NCBI RefSeq assembly: GCF_006345805.1
Contig: NC_043018.1
Location: 14,756,001 to 14,820,000, forward strand
From: Octopus sinensis
Taxonomy: Eukaryota
DNA: 64,000 nt
Direction of reading: 5' to 3'
The position numbers and the translations under genes are program-made. Positions 13,315-25,918 of the stretch are shown here, one piece after another (position 1 is the first letter of the stretch; every line of letters begins with the position of its first letter). A model generated the notes under the pieces. It did no database searches. It was given only the letters and a program-made list of their open reading frames with translations, and had not been told where the DNA came from.

Positions 13315-13717
13315 ACTCTTTTACTTTTTTCAGTCATTTGACTGCGGCCATGCTGGAGCACCACCTTTAGTCGAGCAAATCGACCCCAGGACTCATTCTT
13401 TGTAAGTACTTATTCTATCGGTCACTTTTTGCCGAACCGCTAAGTGACGGGGACGTAAACACACCAGCATCGGTTGGCAAGCGATGTTGGGGGGACAAAC
13501 ACAGACACACAAACATATACGCACACATACATATATACATATATACATATATACGACAGGCTTCTTTCAGTTTCTGTCTACCAAATTCACTCACAAGGCT
13601 TTGGTCGGCCCGAGGCTATAGTAGAATACACTTCCCCAAGTTGCCACGCAGTGGGACTGAACCCGGATCCATGTGGTTAGTAAGCAAGCTACTTACCACA
13701 CAGCCACTCATACGCCT
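13315..13717 (-). mobile_element. SINE family A, full length
   Basis: Matches the family A consensus. Confidence 0.92.
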
Positions 13718-13794
13718 ATTGTCGATAAATTTGAATATATTATATTAAATGAAACTGAATTTTGAGTTATATCTATCTCTCCAGCTATTTGTTT

Positions 13795-14255
13795 CGTGTG
13801 TGTGTGTGTGTGTGTGTGAGTGTGTGTGTGTATGTGAGTGTGTGTGTGTGTGTGTGAGTGTGTGTGTGTATGTGAGTGTGTGTGTGTGTGCATGTGCGTG
13901 TGTGAGCGTGTGTGTGTGTATGTGAGTGTGTGTGTGTGAGTGTGTGTGTATGTGTGTGCGTATGTGCGTGTGTGTGTGAGTGTGTGTGTGTGTGTGTGTG
14001 TGTATGTGAGTGTGTGTGTGTGTGTGTGTGAGTGTGTGTGTGTGTGTGTGAGTGTGTGTGTGTGTGAGTGTGTGTGTATGTGTGTGCGTATGTGCGTGTG
14101 TGTGTGAGTATGTGTGTGTGTATGTGAGTGTGTGTGTGTGTGTGCGCGTTTGTGTGTGAGTGTGTGTGTGTGTGTATGTGAGTGTGTGTGTGTGTGCGTG
14201 TGTGTGTGAGTCTGTGTGTGTGTGCGTGTGTGCATGTGTGCATGTATGTGTGCGT
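13795..14255. repeat. (TG)n composite microsatellite
   Basis: Direct reading. Confidence 0.95.
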
Positions 14256-14924
14256 GCAGTATGGCACGGAGCTGATAAATAAAAGCACTCATGCTTCCGA
14301 CTGCACTTTAGCATTTGGGACAAGTTTCGGTGTAATCCACGTCTCGGAAAATCATTGATCAACCCGCTGCATCTGTCGGAAACAATTACATTGTCGTGAA
14401 TTGAACTTGTTGACCATGCAGCCTTAGCTGAACTATTATCGTTTAGTTCTAGATCAACACTGATCGGACATCTTGTTGTTAAAGGCGTTCCAAATGTGAT
14501 CATCCTCCCACCCCTCTAATTTTATCGTAAATACATTACATTTATTTCTTAAGCTTTTAAAGATGATTTGATGAAGATTCGACTACTTTTTCTAGCCGGT
14601 CGAGCGACCACGTAGAGCAACTTAACGTCGTTGGCTCGCCGCTAAGTCGTATAAAAGACACAAAGGACCTCACACATACACCGATAGTTCCCCATTTGAG
14701 GGTCATTCACAGCCGGCACCCACTAAAGACGGAAATGGCTTTTGGTATTTGCAGATAATCTGATCTCATTTTAACCAAGACGAATTTTAACCGAAGTTTG
14801 AATAAAGGCATCATGCTGGCACTTAGAGACTCTTTGGAAGTACCATTCTACTCTTAGAACTCTCAACATATAACATTCTTTGTCTCCTTTATTCTTTTTT
14901 TTTTCTTCTTTTTTTTTGTCTAAG

Positions 14925-14998
14925 ATGTTTGAACCAAATGACCTGAAAAATCTAGGAGTTCTAGGAATTGGTTTGGCGAGACAAATGGTCTCCTTCTG
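14925..14998 (+). CDS. Candidate isolated exon MFEPNDLKNLGVLGIGLARQMVSF (weak SAM-like pattern)
   Basis: Long polypyrimidine tract + TAAG acceptor, GTTAGT donor, only one open phase. Loosely resembles SAM-domain DLKELGI..LG.R. Confidence 0.2.
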
Positions 14999-15251
14999 GT
15001 TAGTCGGAACACGCTGACTTCCTGAAAGCTTGACCTTAGCAGTCCGGCTGCACTGACCAGCCAAATGGCCACTCCTTTACCCTCTTTCTCCCCACTTATC
15101 TCATACCTACCCCACCCTTACCAAAGACCATTATTACTTTATGTTGCACCAAAATATCATATATCTTATATTTACTTGTTTCAGACATTGAACTTCGGCC
15201 AAATTCGGACACGGATCGCCTCGAAAAGTCTTAGCCGTTCATATTAGTCCT

Positions 15252-15434
15252 TTTTTACTCTCTTTACTCTTTTACTTGTTTCAGTAATTTGACTGTGGCC
15301 GTGCTGGAGTACCGCCTTTAGTCGAGCAAATCGATCCCAGGACTTATTCTTTGTAAGCCTAATACTTATTCTATGGGTCTCTTTTGCCGAACCACTAAGT
15401 TACGGGGACGTAAACACACCAGCATCAGTTGTAA
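15252..15434 (-). mobile_element. SINE family A, 3' part
   Basis: Matches the family A 3' half and tail. Confidence 0.85.
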
Positions 15435-15578
15435 TGTGTTTATAGCATTTGACGTGTTGTTCATCGTATTTGCATTAAATGTATATTGAATATTTAAAAA
15501 AACTTGTTAACATTTTGTCATTGAGGTGTTTGTGGGGTGTGCGTTTTCGTGCGTGATTTAAGACCTATTTATCTGTAA

Positions 15579-15966
15579 CTAGCAGTATCGCCCGGCGTTG
15601 CTCGGGTTTGTAAGGGAAATAACTATAAAGCATTTTTAGAGAGTTATAGCCAAAAAATGCCTTAAAAATGGAAAAAAAATGATGGTAATTTTTTTAAAAA
15701 ACGTTGACTCATCGTAGACATTTTTAGAGAGTTACTTCCCTTATATAATAGCGAAAAAATGCATTAAAATGGAAAAAAATTATGGTAAATTATTTTTTAA
15801 ATCGTAGACTCATCGTAGACGCGCGCTAATACCCAGAAGGGCTCGATATGAATCACGACTATAAGATACCTGGCTTTGGTTAAATTGCACCGCAAAATGT
15901 GGGAGTAGTTAGGAATCTAAATCGTAGGAGACAGACAGCATACAACCTTACTTTTATATATAAAGA
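15579..15966 (-). mobile_element. Non-autonomous Helitron
   Basis: Minus strand starts TCTTTATATAT and ends with a GC hairpin (CCCGAGCAACGCCGGG) + CTAG. Inserted between A and T with no TSD. Homologous to 21952-22354. Confidence 0.9.
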
Positions 15967-16418
15967 TTTTTAGCACATCTCGTACTGCATGTGTTTTAAG
16001 ACAGAAAGAATACGTTGTAAGCAGCTTGGTAACAGCTTGGCTTGTTACTATAGAAACAGGCACTGATGTGTCTGTGACTTTCGACTGGCTAAAATTACCT
16101 GAAATTTACAAACTTTAAAAGCTATTAATTCTTTATTTATTGATTTATGGTGAAAACGAATTTCATCTCAATGCTTACTTTGCAGAACTTACGCCAAATA
16201 TGAAATCAATTAGAACAAAAGTGGGCAGCCAAACACAAAAGATCTCAAACGGAAAAAACAAATGCAAACATTTAGTTAAAAAGACAAGAGCAGAATGGAA
16301 GCGTATATACAATAATCCTACATAATACAAGGTAAGTGGGGGAGAAGCGGAATATGAAGAAAGGGATCCCATAGAATCGCTCTGTAAATACTTAATGAAG
16401 TTAATATCAATGTAATTG

Positions 16419-16915
16419 AAAGGTGGCGAGCTGGCAGAAACGTTAGCACGCCGGGCGAAATGCTTAGCGGTATTTCATCTGCCGCTACGTTCTGAGTTCA
16501 AATTCCGCCGAGGTCGACTTAGTCTTTCATCCTTTCGGGGTCGATTAAATAAGTACCAGTTACGCACTGAGGACGATGTAATCGACTTAACCCCTTTGTC
16601 TGTCCTTGTTTGTCCCCTCTGTGTTCAGCCCCTTGTGGGAAATAAAGAATTCAGAAACGTCAGCACGTCGGGCAAAATGCATTACAGTATTTCATCTGTT
16701 TGTTTGTCCTCTCTGTGTTTAGCCCCTTGTGGGTTGTAAAGAAATAAGTATTTCATCTGTCTTTATGTTCTGAGTTCAAATTCCGCCGAGGTCGACTTGG
16801 CCTTTCATCCTTTCGGGATCGATAATAAATTAAGTACCAGTTGCGCACTGTGGTCGATCTAATCGACTGGACCCTCCCCCAAAATTTCGGGCCTTATGCC
16901 TAGAATAGAAAAGAA
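16419..16915 (+). mobile_element. Cluster of SINE family B (one full copy 16419-16650 plus rearranged partial copies)
   Basis: Head AAGGTGGCGAGCTGGCAGAAACGTTAG, B box GAGTTCAAATTCC, 3' AATAAAGAA. Confidence 0.9.
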
Positions 16916-17596
16916 TATCAATGTGATTGAATTCGGTGTGTATAGAAAGCAGGGGCTGAACATACATATTGCTTCAAGAGTTGTCAAAATATTTACTCTC
17001 TCACTCCAGACAGATCCTGATACATCATATCTATGATCAAAAGCGTTTCAGCCATGACCCCACCGTCTTATTTTTAGACGTCTGGGATTACCTTTTCCAG
17101 TATATTTTCCATTAATTTTTTTAAATGGCTGAGTGATTTGAAGGAACAAAATTAGAACAAAAGCAACAACAACAAAAACAAAATACAAATTACATGAATG
17201 TATATAAACAGAAGATACAAATATTACAGGCATCCCCCCCACACACACACTAAATAAACATAGACGCACATAGAGATATAAGCATGCGCAAATGAAGACA
17301 TACAATAGAAATACAAAATGGCTGACGGTTAGTAAGGAGAGACACAAACAAATAAGAAAGAAGAAAACAAAGGACCACTGATGCGGTCACAGGAGTGTGA
17401 CGAAAGAACTCTGGCCGAAATAAGATTAAGATTAAAGTAAAAAATAAATATCACTGAAGCAAAATAACACCAAATATATAGTGCGTGTGTTTTTATTGGC
17501 TAAACTGGCAATATGACCATTCCGAAATATAACAAGATTTGAAGGAAATTTACAGGTTAATTCTAGCAAATCAAAAACTGGCACAGAGGCACTTAC

Positions 17597-17764
17597 GTTG
17601 TGTTCTATTGATGGCATTAAATATAACAACTTTGAACATTTTCTCGTTCCATAGACATAATAGGGAACACATGAATGCAGAATCCTCATCCATTAAGGTG
17701 CAGTTTGACAGCTGCCAGATTACAGAAGATATAAAGGGTTTTTGCTCGACACCCAATGTAACCT
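17597..17764 (-). CDS. Candidate internal exon, phase 1-1, 56 codons
   Basis: CTAAC branch-like site, TTTCTTCAG acceptor, perfect GTAAGT donor, 168 nt. Only the phase-1 frame is open: VTLGVEQKPFISSVIWQLSNCTLMDEDSAFMCSLLCLWNEKMFKVVIFNAINRTQ. Confidence 0.5.
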
Positions 17765-18125
17765 CTGAAGAAATACGTTGTTAGGTGTCTTACAACTTCA
17801 GATGAACACTCGTTATTAGCTTCTCAACTGTCAAGTTTATTGCATAATATGAACATTGCAGCCCACACATCCTGTGCGTCATGTCGCGCATCTTTGCGCA
17901 TGCGTTAGTGGTTTTCATGTCATTAGCAGCTGGTTTCTTGCCAGTTTTTAAAAATTTCACTTAGAATTTAGAAACTTGTAACTTAAATTTATGCTTTGTT
18001 CTCTAACTTTCTGTTGTTAAAAGACGTTAATAAGATATGTATCCGTGTTTCTTCACTTAGAATGACGAAACTTAAGTAAATTACAAAGCTATTTCATACT
18101 CTCTCCCATCCACACATATACATGA

Positions 18126-18162
<37 letters not shown>

Positions 18163-18180
18163 CGTGTGTACACACACTAA

Positions 18181-18343
18181 GTTATATCGACCCCGGTGCG
18201 TAACTGGTACTTATCTAATCGACTCCCCGAAAGGATGAAAGGCAAAGTCGACCTCGGCGGAATTTGAACTCAGAACATAGCGGCAGACGAAATACGGCTA
18301 CGCATTTCGCCCGGCGTGCTAACGTTTCTGCCAGCTCGCCGCT
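18181..18343 (-). mobile_element. SINE family B, 5' two-thirds
   Basis: Reverse complement of the family B head. Confidence 0.88.
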
Positions 18344-18347
18344 TTCG

Positions 18348-18732
18348 CTAGGGTCGAATTCTAGATGCACAATACCACATATCCAGGAAAGACACTTGTG
18401 GTAGGTCTTCCAGATCGACCGTTGTCTTCCAGAGACGTACTTCCGCTTTTGAAGCGCCCGTGCCCCTCAAAATATTGCGTACGACCCATTGTCCCGTCGC
18501 CGTACGTTTGCCGAAGGATGCTCGATGTCTCTGTAGCAGAGTTTTCAAGGTTGGTTTGTTCCTGTCCAGGACAACTACAGCATACACGTGATCACAAAAG
18601 CACAAGTTTCAGAACTTGCGAAGTAAACACAGCGGTGTCACTCGGCACACCGCCTCATGAAGGTCAGGTCACCGCTAGCCCTCATTGCGCATGCAACCAT
18701 GTGCTGCCATCTGTTGGTGCGCTACAGAACTA
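18348..18732 (-). mobile_element. Mariner remnant, same family as 12609
   Basis: 5' UTR homologous to 12638-12760. Encodes SATETSSILRQTYGDGTMGRTQYFEGHGRFKSGSTSLEDNGRSGRP (mariner HTH region), then CGIVHLEF. Confidence 0.85.
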
Positions 18733-20085
18733 TACATCCATACAAATGCATGCAAGTATCGTATGCATGTCATCGTTTATCTAAACCTGAATCTTATTGA
18801 GGCGTTACTCAGAGTTTCTCGTTCCTGATCCCGAAGAGACTGCTCTTATATAACGATCTGCCTGAATCGATCTGCTTCGGTCGTCTGAGCAGCTGAGTAT
18901 TCCACAGACCTGTGTACTCTTAACATTATCCTGAACAAAGAATCGACATAACACAGTCGAGTGTCTTTGTGCGCATGCGCATACTTGTAATCGAAAGGTT
19001 TGGATTTGTTCCTCTCTACCTTCCCAAATTCAAAACAGTGACACAGTTTCCTCTAAGTAGAACATCCGGCGACCCAACGGCGTCCGCCCCGTTCATATAT
19101 ACTCGCCGCCTTTTTTTGAAAGTTACTCAAATTTACCATTATATAGCCTACCCATTTCATGAATTGATGTCCCCATCGATAGATTATTCCTTGAAGAATG
19201 TTCCTTTTGACAACAATACCATTCCTATATATTTATTATATGCTATCCTCTCAGAAACACCATTCCCTACCGCGGTCTCTCCTCTAAGAGAACCTTCAGT
19301 CCCTCTTGACACAACGAGTCAGCGATGGGGTCACTAGGCTGCTTCGCGGCTTGCAGGAAATAGCAGTCAAATCGCCTTGAAATCACACCTTTTCTTTAAA
19401 AAAGCGGGAGGGATCATGTGATCTTAGCATGCTATACTTGAAAAACAAAAGCAAAAAAAAAAAAAATGGATGGGACGGCTACGGCTGGATTGAGTTTTTA
19501 TTATTGGTCTACTTGATCAGAACTGACCTGGAACTGAACAAAAACAACAGCACACACTCACACACACACACACAATCCCACGCCCACCATGTCTGTTCTT
19601 CGTTTGTGACACATATATATAGTAACACCCCCACCCACCCTATTCGCACCCTACCCTACTATCACCCGTCAGCTCACTATTGAAGCTCGAGGCTCAAGCT
19701 GGTTAAACATTAAATCCCCTTCAACTATTCCACTTTAGGGTTACTATACGGTTCACACCCCTTACTGGTTAACCCGACACCCAGCCAAACATCTGCTTTT
19801 CATTTCTACCCCTATTCTACCCTGTTCCCTTTGTGATAGCGTTCTAAATATAGTGTCTTCTGGTAAAGCTTCTGAAACAGTCTCAACCGTTTTTTATACC
19901 TAATATGTATGTATTCATAGGTTTGTATGTATGTTTATATGTTTACACACACGCGCGCGCGCGTGTGTGTGTGTATAGCTAAGGATGTTTGTATCAGTGT
20001 ATACATACGGTTATATACGAGCATGTATCTATACGTATGCATGTCAGCATGAATTGCATATAGGACTGTGTGTACGTATTTGCGC

Positions 20086-20143
<58 letters not shown>

Positions 20144-20475
20144 TTGCTTGTAAGTGCGCGCACGCAATTGTAAATATGATTATCTGATAATCTGAAAACT
20201 TGGAAGAGCCATATATGTAGCTATGTCTTTTTTTTTTATTTCCGAAAGTGAGCTTTGTTAATCCCCTGAAATCACAGAGAATCCCCTTCTCAACCTTAAT
20301 GAGCCCCGGAGTAAAGCAATGCACTGAAACTCCTATATTGACAATGGACTTCACAATGCCATAAACTCCTCAACATGTACGACCCCCAAAACTAAAGCAA
20401 ATTTATATGAATATAGTAAAAGAGATTGAAGCTATAAAAAATTACCTTCTCGTCTGATTCAACTTCATATATATG

Positions 20476-20668
20476 TGTGACCTCGTGTGTACCGTTGGGT
20501 TTTTTTTTTCCTCTGTCTTCCCTTCTCTGGATCTTCCTTCTCCTATGTTCCGACGAAGAGCTCCGATCGAAACGTTAACTCTCCTTCTTTCCTGAGCGTC
20601 CAATAATACTATATTTGTTCCACGTCCTCGCGTTGTTGTGTTTTTTTGTGCTTTCTTGTTGGATTAAC
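20476..20668 (+). mobile_element. Short PLE-like element (solo pseudo-LTR-like) with hammerhead-like motif
   Basis: Homologous end to end with 52068-52277. Both end at TTAAC followed by (TA)n. Confidence 0.65.
20547..20579 (+). ncRNA. Minimal type I hammerhead-like motif, U4C variant, one stem II mismatch
   Basis: GTT-CCGACGA-A-GAGC(TCC)GATC-GAAA-CG-TT-AAC. Confidence 0.45.
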
Positions 20669-20702
<34 letters not shown>

Positions 20703-20760
20703 ATATATATATATTATATTAAATTAGAGACAAAACCACTATTAGGCAATATATATATAT

Positions 20761-20822
20761 AAAGGACTGACCACTAAAAGTGGAAGGTCAACTGACCGTC
20801 CACTTTTAGTGGTCAGTCCTTT
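20761..20822. repeat. Near-perfect 62-nt inverted repeat
   Basis: 24-bp perfect arms AAAGGACTGACCACTAAAAGTGGA / TCCACTTTTAGTGGTCAGTCCTTT. The spacer adds GGTCA/TGACC pairing. Confidence 0.95.
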
Positions 20823-20984
20823 AAATTTTGTATGTAAAAATATTTTAATCTTCGGATTTTTTTAATATGCTAGGCCACTGGTTTTAATTGATTAATATCA
20901 ATTTCTACCCTTATTAAATTTTATATATACATATGTATGTATATATGTATCTTATTACTATTTAATTGAACGCCACGCATCCGT

Positions 20985-22640
20985 TTCCAATATAACAGGA
21001 TGCCATTTGGTCTGAAGGTTGCACCTGCAATATTTCAACAGGTTATGGGTGCGATGTTGGCAGACCGTTAATTTGCAATTCCATACCTCGATGATGCATT
21101 AATTAAAAGTGGATCTCATGATCAGCATATCGAACATGTGAAAAGTGCTTTTCAAAAAAATAAGAGATTATGGTTCCACACTCAGTGAAAAGAAATTCGA
21201 ATTCTTTTTGGCTAAAATCAAACATTTAGGACAAATTATAGATAAAAATGGAAGACGACATGACCTGTCGAGGTCAGACGCAGTCAAAAATATGCCTACC
21301 TCAATTAACATTACAAGCTTTTCTTGGCCTAGCGAACTATTATTCAAATTACATATCAAACATGTATGAATTGAGAGCTCCACTTAATAATTTGCTAAAG
21401 AAGGACGCCAAATGGAATTTGTCAAATAACTGTCAAAAGGCGTTTCAGGATATTAAAAAAACTATTAATTTTGGTTTTGTCGCTGGCTCATTTCGATCCT
21501 GCAGCGGAGATTGTTGTAGCTTCTGACGCTTCTGAATATGGTGTAGAAGCAGTTTTGTTTTACAACACAAATATAAAGACGGTAATTTGAAGGCGGTGGT
21601 TCGTGCCTCACTACAGTCAGATAGAGAAAGATGCCCTAGCGATTATTTTTGCCGAGAAGAAATTTCACAGATTTCTCCATGGTAGAGATTTTCGTCTTCA
21701 GACGCACCGCCAAGCGTTACTATCAATTTTCGGATTGAAGAAAATAATTCATATCCGTACAGCTAACAGATTACAACGCTGAGGTACAATATTGTTAAAT
21801 TATAACTTTAAGATGGAGTACATTTCTTCTAAGAAAATTGGTGATAGCCGCATTACATTCAGAAAAGGAAATTAAAAACGTGATGTGTAATGCCGTTCAG
21901 GAGTTGCCAGTGACTGTACAAGATATAAAAAGTAAGTCAGCGGAGGACAAATCTTTATATATAAAAGTCAAGTTGTGTGTCTGTCTCCTACGATTTAGAT
22001 TCCTAACTACTCCCACATTTTGCGGTGCAGTTTAACCAAAACCGGGTATCTTATAGTCGTGATTCATATCGAGCCCTTCTGGGTATTAGCGCGCGTCTAC
22101 GATGAGTCTACGATTTAAAAAAAAAATTAACATCATTTTTTTCCATTTTAATGCATTTTTTCGCTATTATATAAGGGAAGTAACTCTCTAAAAATGTCTA
22201 CGATGAGTCAACGATTTAAAAAAAAAATTTACCATCATTTTTTTTCCATTTTTAATGCATCTTTTTGTTATTTTTTGGCTATAACTCTCTAAAAATGCTT
22301 ATATATATAGTTATTTCCCTTACAAAGCCGAGCAACGCCGGGCGATACTGCTAGTACATCATAAAAACAAAGGAAACCTTGAAAAATAAACAAAAGAGAA
22401 ACACGAATGCGAACCATTTTCCACTCTGCGACGATGTATCAATGTACGCACAAAAAGTGGTAGTACCAACTGCACTACAGAAACGGATATTACATGAATT
22501 TCATAGTGGACACTCGGGGATGTCAAGAACGAAAGTTTTGATGAGGAGTTGCGTATACTGGCCGACAATGTACCGCAACATTGAAAATTTGGTAAATCAT
22601 GTGCAGAAGGCACCACTAATTTACCATTTGGGGAGGCACG
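20985..22640 (+). mobile_element. Decayed Gypsy LTR-retrotransposon pol (RT, RNase H, integrase zinc finger)
   Basis: FQYNRMPFGLKVAPAIFQ, YLDD, LQAFLGLANYY, VASDASEYG, EKDALAIIF and HEFHSGHSGMSRTK...VYWP. Several stops and frameshifts. Confidence 0.92.
21952..22354 (+). mobile_element. Non-autonomous Helitron inserted in Gypsy pol
   Basis: A^TCTTTATATATAAAAG ... hairpin-CTAG^T. Removing it restores the in-frame Gypsy sequence. Confidence 0.93.
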
Positions 22641-22644
22641 AGCA

Positions 22645-23066
22645 CTCTCTTTACTCTTTACTCTTTTACTTGTTTCAGTCATTTGACTGCGGCCATGCTG
22701 GAGCACCGCCTTTAGTCGAGCAACTCGACCCCGGGACTTATTCTTTGTAAGCCCAGTACTTATTCTATCAGTCTCTTTTGCCGAACCGCTAAGTGACGGG
22801 GACGTAAACACACCAGCATCGGTTGTCAAGCAATGCTAGGGGGACAAACACAGACACACAAACACACACACATATACACACATATATATATATACATATA
22901 TACGACAGGCTTCTTTCAGTTTCCGTCTACCAAATCCACTCACAAGGCATTGGTCGGCCCGGGGCTATAGCAGAAGACACTTGCTCAAGATGCCACGCAG
23001 TGGGACTGAACCCGGAACCATGTGGTTGTTTAGCAAGCTACTAACCACACAGCCACTCCTGCGCCT
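22645..23066 (-). mobile_element. SINE family A, full length
   Basis: Matches the family A consensus. Confidence 0.92.
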
Positions 23067-23428
23067 TATCGCCAACAACTTTGATGATGTCTTTTGCTTT
23101 TGAAAGTTCTCGAATATTTCCACGAGAGGGCTTTTAAACATTTCTTTCTGTATGCTTGCTACATCAACAAGCCTCTTGTCTTTTGTTATTGTTCTTGTTG
23201 TTGATGTCGTCGTCGACGTCGCTGTTGTTGTTGTTGTTGTTGTTGCTACTGCTGCTGTTGCCGTTGGTGATGATGGTGGTGGAGTTGCGCGGCCACTTCC
23301 ACCGTTGCCAATCTCCACACCTACGTCATCGCGTTCAATTGTATTATTTTCACCGCTAAAATCCATTGTATTCTGAATTGCGTTGCTGTTGCTGTTCGTG
23401 CTGCTGCTACTACTACTACTACCACTAC

Positions 23429-23471
<43 letters not shown>

Positions 23472-23476
23472 CATAT

Positions 23477-23635
23477 ATACGACGGGCGTCTTTCAGTTTC
23501 CGTCTACCAAATCCACTCGCAAGGCTTTCGTCCGCCCGAGGATATAGTAGAAAACACTTGCCCAAGGTTCCACGCATTGGGACTGAACCCAGAACCATGT
23601 GGTTAGTAAGCAAACTACTTACCACACAGCCACTC

Positions 23636-23637
<2 letters not shown>
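23477..23637 (-). mobile_element. SINE family A, 5' half (inverted relative to the adjacent 3' half)
   Basis: Head and body up to the central microsatellite, on the minus strand. Confidence 0.88.
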
Positions 23638-23708
<71 letters not shown>

Positions 23709-23759
23709 GTGTGTGTGTGTTGTGTGTGTATGTGTGTGTGTGCGTGTGTGTGTATATGT

Positions 23760-23968
23760 TTGTGTGTCTGTGCTTGTCCCCCCAACATCGCTTAATAACC
23801 GATGCTGGTGTGTTTACGTCCCCATAACTTAGCGGTTCGTCAAAAAAGACCGATAGAATAAGTACTAGGCTTCCAAAGAATAAATCCTGGGGTCAATTTG
23901 CTCGACTAAAGGCGGTGCTCCAGCATGGCCGCAGTCAAGTGTCTGAAACAAGAAAAAGAGTAAAAGAG
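23760..23968 (+). mobile_element. SINE family A, 3' half
   Basis: From the central microsatellite to the tail, on the plus strand. Confidence 0.88.
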
Positions 23969-24180
23969 AATATATTTAGTAATCCCTCGCCACATCGCGA
24001 TTCACTTATCACGCACTCAGTACATCACGGATTTGTCTGGCTAATATATCTAGATTTATACCGCGCACTCCCCAGTATATCGCGGGTTTCTCCGGCCGAT
24101 AAGTATTTATATTTTTTTAGATTTTAATTATTTCTGTGAGAGGTTTTGGAACATAACACCCGTGATAGTCGAGGGATTAC

Positions 24181-24181
<1 letters not shown>

Positions 24182-24223
<42 letters not shown>

Positions 24224-24947
24224 ATATAGATACAAATACATATATACACATACAGGCATACATACATACATACATACATACATACATACATACATGCATA
24301 CATACATGCATACATACATACATACATACATACACACACACATACATAGATACATACATACATACATACACACTCACATACATACACACACACATACATA
24401 CATACATACATACATACATACATACATACATAGACACATACATTTATACATACATACATGCATACATACATACATATATACATACACCCACACATACATA
24501 CATACATACACACATGCATACATACATACATACATACATACACACACACATACATACACACACACACATACATACATACATACATACATACATACATAGA
24601 TACATACATACATACATAGACACATACATCTATACATACATACATACATACATACATAGATACATACATTTATACATACATGCATACATACATACATATA
24701 TACATACACACACACACATACATACATACATGCATGCATACATATATACATACACATACACATACATACATACACACATACACACATACATACATACATA
24801 CATACATACATGCATACATACATACATACATACATACATACACAAACACACACATACATACATACATAATACATACATACATACATACATACATACATGC
24901 ATACATACATACATACACACACATACATACATACATACATACATACA

Positions 24948-24980
<33 letters not shown>
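24182..24980. repeat. (TACA)n/(CA)n composite microsatellite
   Basis: Direct reading. Confidence 0.95.
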
Positions 24981-25581
24981 GTGTGTATGTGTGTGTGTGT
25001 CTGTGTATTCGCTTTAGTATGCATGTAATAGTACGTATGACGAACCTGTACATACATGTGTGATTGTATGTCTGTGTCTGTGTGCGTTGATGCATGCACA
25101 CATTCGCACAATGAAAAGCTTACACGCCGCCCGTGCGCGTTCCTCTATATCTCTGCGAACCCAAATGCGTGTCCATATGTACGTGAGTCGTCTGCCACAG
25201 TCTGTGCTGTACTTCTGCAGGTGATGCTCAGAATGACAGTAAACCAGATAACAGCTACAACAACAACAATAGCAAAGTTATTAGCCAACAGCTCTATACA
25301 TATTTATACTATATTTATACTATACATATATATTTATACAATATATATTTATACAACAGTTAGAAGTCCTTCATGTATACCACAGTTTGTATACATGTGA
25401 AGAACATCTGTGCCAAACTTCTCTTTCTAAACATCTTTTATTATCGTACAAACTGATACGAATCTCTCATTCTCTCTCTCCCTTTCCCCTTCCCCATCCC
25501 TCTTTGTCACTCTCTGTCTCTTTGTCTGTCTGTCCGTCTCTTTCTCTCTCTCTCTTTCTGTCCCTCTCTTACTGTTCCTCA

Positions 25582-25599
<18 letters not shown>

Positions 25600-25624
<25 letters not shown>

Positions 25625-25707
25625 CATATGTACATATACATACATACATATACATATATACATATATATATATATATAATATATATATATATATATGTGT
25701 GTGTGTG

Positions 25708-25741
<34 letters not shown>

Positions 25742-25748
25742 GTATATG

Positions 25749-25800
<52 letters not shown>

Positions 25801-25831
25801 GTATATGTATGTATGTATATATATATGTATG

Positions 25832-25915
<84 letters not shown>
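25600..25915. repeat. (TA)n-rich microsatellite
   Basis: Direct reading. Confidence 0.95.
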
Positions 25916-25918
<3 letters not shown>

